Shown here: in pieces, positions 52,959 to 64,000 of the stretch | Layout: every line of letters starts with the position of its first letter | Position numbering within the stretch: the first letter of the stretch is position 1 | From: Eledone cirrhosa | Lineage: Eukaryota | Assembly: GCA_964016885.1 (NCBI GenBank) | Contig: CAXHJY010000194.1 | Span: 70,210 to 134,209 of the forward strand | Direction of reading: 5' to 3' | DNA length: 64,000 nucleotides | The notes under the pieces: model-generated | The model's input: only the letters and a program-made list of their open reading frames with translations | What the model was told of the DNA's origin: nothing | Databases searched by the model: none | Translations under genes and position numbers: made by a program

Positions 52959-53105
52959 AGGCATGTGGTTTACTGGTTAGAGTGTTGTGCTTGCAATTGT
53001 GATTTTGTGAGTTTGATTCCTGGACTGGGCAGTGCATTATGACCTTGAGCAAGATACTTTATTTCATGTTGCTCCAGTTCATTTAACTGGAGAAAATGAG
53101 TTGTG
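52957..53105 (+). mobile_element. tRNA-derived SINE (second family)
   Basis: gagtttgattcc...ccttgagcaagatactttatttcatgttgctccag. Confidence 0.65.
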
Positions 53106-53299
53106 ACATTGGTACCAAGCTACATCAACCGTTGCCTTTCCCATACACACATACATGATGTAAGACAACCACACACATATATATATACACATGGTGGAGA
53201 CATATCCACACATATATATATTCACACATGATGGAAGTCTCAACCACACACATATATATACACATGACAGAAGACAGAACCACACACACACACACATAT

Positions 53300-53331
<32 letters not shown>

Positions 53332-53346
53332 GATGGAAGGCACATT

Positions 53347-53397
<51 letters not shown>

Positions 53398-54639
53398 GAC
53401 AGAAGACAACCACACACATTTATATATACACACATGACAGAAGACACCACACACATATATATATACACACATGACAGAAGTCACCCCACACATATATATA
53501 TACACATGACAGAAGTCACCCCACACATGATGTAATGGCCCAAAACTAGCACCAACCATCCTATGCAAAGTTCTACCAACTCTGCCACCTCCATTCATTA
53601 GATAATATCATTTAATCCAGCATAGTTCCATTAGTGATTGAGAATTGGTCTTTGTGACAATCTGCCAGTTCTTGGAAAGCTATCAATCTCGGTTTGTGAT
53701 TTCAAATCCCATCCACTCCCCATAAACTACTCCATGTATTTAGAAAACAATTTTTGGTTTATATTTTTATTTACTTCATTTTTAACTTTATTTTATTTTA
53801 TTTTTTACTTTAATTTTGCAAAAAAAATTATCCAAAAGACAAAAAAGAAAATGAAAAATAAATGCAATTTTCAAAAAAGGGTCTGTTTTATGGGTTTTTC
53901 TTTTTTATGGGGGGTAGGGGCGTGACAGTTATGGGTGCAGTACAAGAAATAACATTAAGCACCACATCCTACATCCCTCAGAATCTACCCACCTCCCCAC
54001 CACCACGGTTACCACTATAATCTGTTCTCCCACCTCAACACCTCCCCCCACCTTAACACCACAACCACCACCATCACCACAACCACCATCATCGGCTGTT
54101 CTCCCACCTCAACACCAACCCACCTCAACCACCACCACTACCATCATCTATTCTCCCCAACACCACCACCTTCCATAATCTGTTCTTCCCACCTCTCCAC
54201 ATTAATCCACCACCACCACCTTCCATAATCTGTTTTCCCACCTCCCCCACCACAAACCACCACCACCACCTTCCATCATCTATTTCCCCCCCCCCCACCA
54301 CCACCTTCCATCATCTGTTTACCCACCTCCCCATCACAAACCACCACCACCACCTTCCATCATCTGTTTACCCACCTCCCCATCACAAACCACCACCACC
54401 ACCACCTTCCATCATCTGTTTTACCACCTCCCCATCACAAACCACCACCACCACCTTCCATCATCTGTTTACCCACCTCCCCATCACAAACCACCACCAC
54501 CACCACCACCACCACTATAATCTGTTCTTCCCCCTCCCCAGCCACACATACCAGCACATTCTATTAAATCCTTTCTTACTTGTGGAACATTCAGTATCAA
54601 CACTGCTGCTATTCCAGAAACCATTATTATTATTACTAT

Positions 54640-54970
54640 TATTATTGGATTGTCAGAGTTGTTAGAGCCCTGGACAAAATATTTTGTGCTATTTGTACTG
54701 ACCCTTTACATTCTCAATTCAAATCCGGCCCAGGTTAGCTTTGCCTTTCATCCTTATGAGGTACATTAATTTAATTGATTTTCCCTTCCCCCAAAATTGT
54801 TGGCCTTGTGCCTAAATCAGAAACCAGTGTTCAAATCCCACCAAGGTTAGCTTTGTCTTTCATCCTTATGGGAGTCGATAAAATAAAGTACCAGTAATGC
54901 ACTGGGGTCGATTTAATTGACTTTCCCCTCCCCCGAAATTGTTGGCCTTTTTGCCTAAACCAGAAACCAA
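54640..54970 (+). mobile_element. Nin-domain SINE with a tandemly duplicated body
   Basis: The ttcaaatcc...gttagctttg...cagaaacc block occurs twice. Confidence 0.7.
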
Positions 54971-55189
54971 TATTTTAAAAATACACTAGAAATATTGAAC
55001 ATACCATTCAAAATTAAGATAATTATTAATAACTATTAATAGCTAGCGAAGTGCACATCCAACTCTGTTGACTTCCCCATGCCCTGCCTTACTGTCTCCC
55101 CCACCCACTCCACTAAGTACAGAGTGGTTAATATATATTTTATAAATGCATATGAGCAACCCCCTACCTCATTCGATATCAGCATGTTA

Positions 55190-55465
55190 TCATCATCATC
55201 ATCATCACTGTTTTACGTCCGTTCTTCCACGCTAGCATGGGTTAGACGGGTTGTCCTGTTGCGCGCAGTGTCCGGACGAAAGACCTTGTCTTGCTCATAC
55301 GGAAACTGATTCTGGCTTGATTTCTACAGCTGGATGCCCTCCCTAACACCGACCTCATTTACAGTGAGTGCTGGGTGCTTTTTTTTTCCATGGCACCTCC
55401 ACGACCACTTTACAGTGTGGGCTCGGTGCTTTTTAGCCGTGGTACCTCCACGACCACTTTGCAGT
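55190..55465 (-). mobile_element. RTE 3' UTR-derived element
   Basis: Homologous to 41119-41330, with two copies of the 48-bp-like unit. Confidence 0.75.
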
Positions 55466-55479
55466 CCTATTATCTCATT

Positions 55480-55630
55480 TCTACAGCTGAGTAAACTGGA
55501 GCAATGTGAAATAAAGTGTCTTGCTCAAGGAAACAACACATCACCCAATCCGAGAACTGAACTCACAACCTTTCGATTGCAAGCCCAATGCTCTAACCAC
55601 TAAGCCTTCTAAGCCACATGTACCTTCACT
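55480..55630 (-). mobile_element. tRNA-derived SINE (second family)
   Basis: gtgaaataaagtgtcttgctcaagg...ctaaccactaagcc, the reverse complement of the family head. Confidence 0.65.
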
Positions 55631-55849
55631 GTTACTTCTGTATATATATATATGTATATGAATGTGAGGGACTTGAGGTACAAGCAAGGGTAGACTATAA
55701 TCATATGTCATCTGTTGCTTCCATAAAGCTTGTTACCATTACATTAACTAATGGCATATGGGTATATAGGTGGTAGCTCGCAGTTGGGTGCTGGTATCCT
55801 GAAATACTCAGGCACACAGAATAAAGTAATAATACAAGTGCAGGGGCGA

Positions 55850-56405
55850 TCAAAATTGACGAAAGTTACGGAGTAGGCAAACCCAGAAAAACGTGGGGCG
55901 ATTTGATAAATTCCGACCTTACACATTTACACCTCTCCAAGACAATGTCACTGGACCGAGATCTTTGGCGCTACACAGTAATACAGAAAACCCACCTTGC
56001 CTAAGTACAAAGTGAAACCTATAGTCAGTAGGCACCTCTTAATCAAATATACACCCCTCATCCCACTACCCCCAACTCCCTCACCCCCACCCCATCAACA
56101 CCACCCCTTTGTAAAGTTATGTTGGTACCTCTACATCCAGTCCTAAATAAATGAGGTCGTGTAGGTGTCACAACAACAAAAACACACAGTCCACACTGTA
56201 ATGTGGCCGTGTAGGTAACACGGTAAAAACCTCCCAGTCCACACTGTAAATGTGGTTGGTGTTAGGAAGGGCATCCAGCCGTAGAAAACCTGCCAGACAG
56301 TCCTATACGAGCGAGACGACCAAATCTTGCCTCAAGTGGGACAATTCCCATCTAAACCCATGCTAGCGTGGAAGATAGACGTTAAATGACGATGATGATG
56401 ATGAA
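55850..56405 (+). mobile_element. 3' end of RTE LINE, same family as 1513-2790
   Basis: Colinear with about 2240-2790 (ctccaagacaatgtcactggaccgag...gttaggaagggcatccag...(GAT)n). Confidence 0.9.
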
Positions 56406-56479
56406 TACAATGTGTGAAACTGCGTGAGTTGCAATGAAGCATGTCCTCTACCTTTCAGATCCAGAAAAAGAACATACCA

Positions 56480-56700
56480 CCCATACCCTCCTCTTCCAAC
56501 AAGGTTCTGAACTTCAGGGTTAACACTGTCAACGTTGGCACAATGAAAGGCAAGTCAGTAGAGATTGTGAAGATGTTAGAGTGGAGGTGTGTAGATGTGT
56601 GCTGTGTGCATGAGGTAAGATGGAGTGAAGCCTCAGACAGACTCCTAACAGGCAAAGAACATATGTATAAGTTCTTCTGGGTGGGTAGCAGCGGCAGATA
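56480..56700 (+). mobile_element. RTE apurinic-like endonuclease N-terminal fragment
   Basis: Translation FRVNTVNVGTMKGKSVEIVKMLEWRCVDVCCVHEVRW...YKFFWVG. Confidence 0.8.
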
Positions 56701-57276
56701 GTAAAACACAGAATCATATATCAGATCCCTGGCCAAATCCGGTAGTGATGGAACTATGAAAAAACACATCCAGTACACGCTGGGAACTGGATGGCATGAA
56801 GAAGGGCATCCAGCCATGGAAACTATAACAAGATGCACTCATGTAAGCATGGAAGATAGACATAAAATGGTATGACAAGTGCTTTCCTCTTCAGCAAAGC
56901 CATGATAAACGTTTTCAGGTTTTTCACTTGAAAAGGAAAATTATGGTGGAGAGGGAAATGCTGGCTTTCCAGCCAGTTTGTTGAAAGGTGGGTGTGAATG
57001 GTGAGCATAGTCTGAGTAAATGGGCCTGGAGATTGGAGAAGGATAACTGGGAGGGTGACTGTGGATTTTTATGGGCTTTCCCCATGGGTGACCCCTGGAT
57101 GTCTCCTTCCCTATTGGGGAATGTTCTTTTGTTTGAATTTTTTACTTTGTTGTTTCCTGTTATCACACATTTTACATGCTAAACTCCCTTTACATCATCT
57201 TCTGCTGTCTTTAATGTTTTCTTGATGTGAACCCTGGGACTAACAAAAAAATAATTGTTATTACTATCATTGTTAA

Positions 57277-57500
57277 GGGCGGTAGATTGACAGTATTGGT
57301 AGAGCGTCGGACGTGCTTTGCGGCATAGAGTTACGTCCCTTTACGTTCTGAGTTTAAATCCTGCCGAGATTAGCTTTGCCTTTCATCCCTTCTGGGTCGA
57401 TAAAATAAAGTACCAGTAACACAGTGGGGTTGATTTAATCGACTTTCCCTTTCCTTTCAAATTGCTGGCCTTGTGCTAAATGTAGAAACAATTATTATTA
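57277..57500 (+). mobile_element. tRNA-headed Nin-domain SINE
   Basis: Near full-length copy with (ATT)n tail. Confidence 0.75.
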
Positions 57501-57984
57501 TATTCTTCTCTGTTGTTGCTGTTGTTGTTGTTGTTGTTGTTGTTAATGTCATTGTTGTTGCAGTTGTCATTATTGTTGCACATAATTGTAATTACAACAG
57601 CAACAGCTGCAACAACCCCACCTTCACTGCTACACACACCACCTCCACTACTACATACCACCACCGCTACTACACATCACCACCACTGCTACATACCACT
57701 ACCACCACCACTGCTACACACACCACCTCCACTACTACATACCACCACCACTACTACATACCACCACCACTACTACATACCACTACCACCACCACTGCTA
57801 CACACTGCCACACACCACCACCACCATTGCCACACACACCACCCCCACCATTGCCATACTGCCACACACCCCACCATCACCAGTCACAGCAGCAGCAGCA
57901 ATAGCAGCAACAACAACAGGCTCTCTCAAACATCAAGTGCAAATATAAAGATATATTTGTCTTTGATGTCTTTTTCCAGCTGAA

Positions 57985-58802
57985 CAACAACAACTACTAC
58001 AACAACAACAACCACATCCCCACCACCACCACCACCAACAACCACATTCCCACCACCACCACCACCAACAACAACAACAACCACATCCCCACCACCACCA
58101 CCACCAACAACAACAACAACCACATCCCCACCACCACCAACAACAACAACAACCACATCCCCACCACCACCAACAACAACAACAACCACATCCCCACCAC
58201 CACCAACAACAACAACAACCACATCCCCACCACCACCAACAACAACAACAACCACATCCCCACCACCACCAACAACAACAACAACCACATCCCCACCACC
58301 ACCAACAACAACAACAACCACATCCCCACCACCACCACCACCAACAACAACCACATCCCCACCACCACCACCAACAACAACAACAACCACATCCTCACCA
58401 CCACCACCAACAACAACAACAACCACATCCCCACCACCACCAACAACAACAACAACCACATCCCCACCACCACCAACAACAACAACAACCACATCCCCAC
58501 CACCACCAACAACAACAACAACCACATCCCCACCACCACCACCACCAACAACAACAACAACCACATCCCCACCACCACCAACAACAACAACAACCACATC
58601 CCCACCACCACCAACAACAACAACAACCACATCCCCACCACCACCAACAACAACAACAACCACATCCCCACCACCACCAACAACAACAACAACCACATCC
58701 CCACCACCACCAACAACAACAACAACCACATCCCCACCACCACCAACAACAACAACAACCACATCCCCACCACCACCAACAACAACAACAACAACCACAT
58801 CC

Positions 58803-58833
<31 letters not shown>

Positions 58834-59702
58834 CCACATCCCCACCACCACCACCAACAACAACAACAACCACATCCCCACCACCACCAACAACAACAAC
58901 AACCACATCCCCACCACCACCAACAACAACAACAACCACATCCCCACCACCACCACCACCAACAACAACAACAACCACATCCCCACCACCACCACCAACA
59001 ACAACAACAACCACATCCCCACCACCACCAACAACAACAACAACCACATCCCCACCACCACCAACAACAACAACAACAACCACATCCCCACCACCACCAA
59101 CAACAACAACAACCACATCCCCACCACCACCAACAACAACAACAACCACATCCCCACCACCACCAACAACAACAACAACCACATCCCCACCACCACCACC
59201 AACAACAACAACAACCACATCCCCACCACCACCAACAACAACAACAACCACATCCCCACCACCACCACCACCAACAACAACAACAACCACATCCCCACCA
59301 CCACCACCAACAACAACAACAACCACATCCCCACCACCACCAACAACAACAACAACCACATCCCCACCACCACCAACAACAACAACAACCACATCCCCAC
59401 CACCACCACCAACAACAACAACAACCACATCCCCACCACCACCAACAACAACAACAACCACATCCCCACCACCACCACCACCAACAACAACAACAACCAC
59501 ATCCCCACCACCACCACCAACAACAACAACAACCACATCCCCACCACCACCAACAACAACAACAACCACATCCCCACCACCACCAACAACAACAACAACC
59601 ACATCCCCACCACCACCAACAACAACAACAACCACATCCCCACCACCAACAACAACAACCACATCCCCACCACCACCACCAACAACAACAACAACCACAT
59701 CC

Positions 59703-59733
<31 letters not shown>

Positions 59734-59741
59734 CCACATCC

Positions 59742-59772
<31 letters not shown>

Positions 59773-61575
59773 CCACATCCCACCACCACCACCACCAACA
59801 ACAACAACAACCACATCCCCACCACCACCACCACACAACAACAACAACCACATCCCCACCACCACCACCAACAACAACAACACAACCACATCCCCACCAC
59901 CACCACCACCAACAACAACAACAACCACATCCCCACCACCACCACCACACACAACAACCACATCCCACCACCACCACCACCAACAACAACACAACCACAT
60001 CCCCACCACCACCACCACAACAACAACAACCACATCCCCACCACCAACAACAACAACAACAACAACCACATCCCCACCACCACCACCACCAACAACAACA
60101 ACCAACCACATCCCCACCACCACCAACAACAACCACATCCCCACCACCACCACCACCAACAACAACAACAACCACATCCCCACCACCACCAACAACAACA
60201 ACAACCACATCCCACCACCACCACCAACAACAACAACAACCACATCCCCACCACCACCACCACCAACAACAACAACAACCACATCCCCACCACCACCACC
60301 ACCAACAACAACAACAACCACATCCCCACCACCACCACCACCAACAACAACAACAACCACATCCCCACCACCACCAACAACAACCACATCCCCCCACCAC
60401 CACCACCACCACACAACAACAACCACATCCCCACCACCACCACCACCACCAACAACAACAACAACCACATCCCCACCACACAACAACAACAACAACAACC
60501 ACATCCCCACCACCACCACCACCAACAACAACAACAACCACATCCCCACCACCAACAACAACAACAACCACATCCCCACCACCACCACCACAACAACAAC
60601 AACCACATCCCCACCACCACCACCAACAACAACAACAACCACATCCCCACCACCAACAACAACAACCACATCCCCACCACCACCAACAACAACAACAACC
60701 ACATCACCACACCACCACCACCACCAACAACAACAACAACCCCACCACCACCACCACCAACCACAACAACCACATCCCCACCACCACCACCACCACAACA
60801 CAACACCACATCCCACCACCACCAACAACAACAACAACAACAACCACATCCCCCACCCACCACCACCACCAACAACACAACCACATCCCCACCACCAACA
60901 ACAACAACACCACATCCCCCACCACCACCACCAACAACAACAACAACCACATCCCCCCACCACCACCCCACACCACACAACCACCCCCACCACCAACAAC
61001 ACACCACACCCCCCCCACCACCCCACCACACCAACAACAACAACCACACCCCACCCCACCACCACCCACCCACACACACCCCCCACCACCACCACCACCA
61101 CACACCACACCCCACCACCTCCCAACACCACATCCACACCACCACCAACAACCACACCACCCCCCCCCCACAACCCCCCCCACCACCACCACCACAACAA
61201 CAACACACACCCCACCACCCCACCACAACACACAACCACACCCCCACCACCACAACAACAACCCCATCCCCACCACCACCAACACAACACAACAACAACA
61301 ACCCACCCACACCCCACCACCACCACACAACAACAACCCCACCACCACCACCACCAACCACAACAACCACATCCCCACCACCTCCAACACCACATCCCCA
61401 CCACCCTCCAACAACCACATCCACACCACCCACCAACAACCACATCCACACCACCACCAACAACCACATCCACACCACCACCAACAACCACACCACACCA
61501 CCCCAACAACCACATCCACACCACCACCAACAACAATAACCACATCCCCACCACACCACCAACAACCACATCTCC

Positions 61576-61607
<32 letters not shown>

Positions 61608-62440
61608 CCACATCCCCACCACCACCACCACAACAACAACCACATCCCACCACCACCACCAACACATATCACTACCAGAAAAACACCAACACCACAACAA
61701 CCACACCACCACCACACCACTACAACAACCACCACATCACTACCACCACAACAACCACCACATCACCACCACAACAACCACCACACACTACCACTACCAC
61801 AACAACCACCACACCACTACCACAACAACCACCACACCACTACCACAACAACCACCACAATAACCACCACACCACCACCACTACCACCACAACAATCACC
61901 ACACCACTACCACATCGACAACCACCACAACAACCAACCACACCACTACCACATCAACAACCACCACAACAACCACCACACCACTACCACCACAATAACC
62001 ACCACATCACTACCACTACCACAACAACTACCACACCACTACACCACACCACTACCACCACATCACCACCACCACAACAACCACCACACCACTACCACCA
62101 CAACAACCACCACAACCACTACCACCACATCACTACCACCACACCACTACCACCACATCACTACCACCACATCACTACCAGCACACCACCACCACAACAA
62201 CCACCACACCACTACCACCACAACAACCACCACACCACTACCACCACACACTACCACCACACCACTACCACCACATCACCACCACACAACAACCACCACA
62301 CCACTACCACCACACACCACATCACCACCACAACAACCACCACACCACTACCACCACAACAACCACCACACCACTACCAGCACACCACTACCACAACAAC
62401 ACTCCTGCAACAACAACAACAACAGCAACGACAACCACAG
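57985..62440. repeat. About 33-bp (ccacatccccaccaccaccaacaacaacaacaa)n minisatellite grading into CCA/CAA low complexity
   Basis: Direct reading; the 881-1222 aa ORFs are artefacts. Confidence 0.95.
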
Positions 62441-63035
62441 AGTAGGGCAGGTTTCCAAATATTGGATTAAAAACAATATTTGTTGTCATGGCACCAACTT
62501 ATATTCCATATTCCATTAACAATATTGCCCAATGTTAACTGGTAACATCCTGTACCACACAGAACCACATTAACTAACTGGTAACATCCTGTACCACATG
62601 AAACCACATTAGCTAACTGGTAACATCCTAAACCACATGAAACGACATTAGCAAGACATTCTTGAAAGGTACAAAACAACACTGTAGCTACTTCACATTA
62701 GATATTTTCAATCTTTACTCTAATACAGCAAATTTCCACAAAGATTTGTCCATTAGTAAAGATACTATAAATATTTTAATTAACAAACCACATTAAACCA
62801 CATTAACATAACATTCTTGAAAGGTACAAAATATCTCTATGACTTCATCACATTAAGAATTGATGCTTTTACTCTAATACTGTTAATTTTTATAAAAATC
62901 TACTTGCTTGTAAAGACAATAAACATTTGAACTACTAAGCCCTGTTTTTACATATTTTCTCTTAAATTATTACAGGATTATTTCTAAATTATTTCTGGAT
63001 TACTAGGACTATACTATTTTTTATTTTAATTGTAG

Positions 63036-63160
63036 CTTCTACGTTTCATTACCCAGGTGACCCGAATGCCTATGAAATTACAATGAATGATGATGATCGA
63101 ATAGCGCTAATGGTGATGGTGAAAGAGGGCAAAATAACTACAGAACATGCATTAGAAGTG
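63036..63160 (+). CDS. SASH1: Coding exon (phase 1-0) of a SASH1-like (SAM and SH3 domain, SLy family) gene: (A)STFHYPGDPNAYEITMNDDDRIALMVMVKEGKITTEHALEV; alternative in-frame acceptor at 63057
   Basis: Close resemblance to the SASH1 motif [27 protein letters not shown] (recalled from memory, not searched). Acceptor ttttaattgtag or cccag; donor GTG/gtgagt. Confidence 0.85.
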
Positions 63161-64000
63161 GTGAGTACATCATTATTTCACATCTTCTTTACACCTCACC
63201 TCACATATATCATCTATTTCTATTTCTTTGTTTTGCTGGTTTCTTCAGAATTTTTTTTATATAAATGGGTCCACCTTACGGCAGTGGTCTCCAACCTTCT
63301 TTTCCATGAAATGAACCCTGAATATTACTGCGAGACTTATAAAGAACCCTTCTTAAACTTCATGATATAATCACCAAATATCTTTGAAAGGCATATAAAG
63401 AATCATTAAACTTAATATTTCATCATACAGACCTTGAATGTTACTGAGTGATTTATAAAGAGATTTATATCATATTATATCATAAAAGAATTAACCCTTT
63501 AACATTTACCTTGCTCTATATATACTATTATATTTTCATGGTAAAGTCTTTACCTCACATAATATCGAATCTATGAGATTTTGATATTATTTATTTTGAG
63601 AACAATACCTTAACATCAGTATGAGTAGTCAGTTACAGCTGGTTTGAACAGAAAGAGGTGAGAGAATTCTGGCCGGATACAGCCAGTTTAAATGCTAAAG
63701 GGTTAAATATTGAACTGAAAGCTTGAGAATGTGATGAAGGGAGAGAAAAACACCAACTGTAAATACAGTTTAAGAACACAACAATCCTACCTTGTCCACT
63801 TACAGCTAGTAATGGAAACAAAAAACCAAGAAAATATATTTGCTATATGGTGAGTGTGTTGACATAGTCCCAAGACTGTGTGTTCAATTCCTGAACCAGG
63901 TTGCATATGTTTTTGAGCAAAAATTGACGCTGTTCCTTCTGCCAGGCATTGTGACCAGCAGTAGTATCAGCAATAAAAACATTGTTTCTTCGGTCTGATC

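Noticed and set aside
57926-61735. 881-1222 aa ORFs on the minus strand
   Set aside because: Translations of a (GGT/GTT) minisatellite that is open in several frames.

Overview
Eukaryotic, AT-rich, microsatellite-dense genomic DNA. The repeat content (RTE LINEs with (GAT)n tails, Nin-domain and other tRNA-headed SINEs, very long (TA)n/(CA)n/(CCA)n tracts) suggests a coleoid cephalopod such as Octopus; this is inference. No prokaryotic features and no CRISPR array are present, and almost all long ORFs in the supplied track are simple-repeat artefacts. The window is mostly intron of one + strand gene. Five phase-compatible GT-AG exons (8763-8858, 9113-9177, 14951-15003, 52702-52812, 63036/63057-63160) are visible, and the last encodes EITMNDDDRIALMVMVKEGKITTEHAL, which resembles the N-terminal SASH1/SLy-family motif. 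The introns hold decayed RTE LINEs, SINEs, two tandem non-autonomous Helitrons, a deleted DD41D-like Tc1/mariner, a mariner MITE and several minisatellites. The main unannotated signal is a dispersed set of about ten type I minimal hammerhead ribozyme motifs with palindromic stem III. Two have intact catalytic cores (18906-18987 on -, 19577-19615 on +), and one pair sits in a 490-bp partial tandem repeat. They lie in short non-coding elements embedded in (TA)n, several with inverted duplications, consistent with Penelope-like pLTR or retrozyme remnants. Also notable are a candidate recursive splice site or 36-nt MCC-encoding cassette exon at 26822-26857, in-frame alternative splice sites, and many long foldbacks that could form dsRNA in the pre-mRNA.
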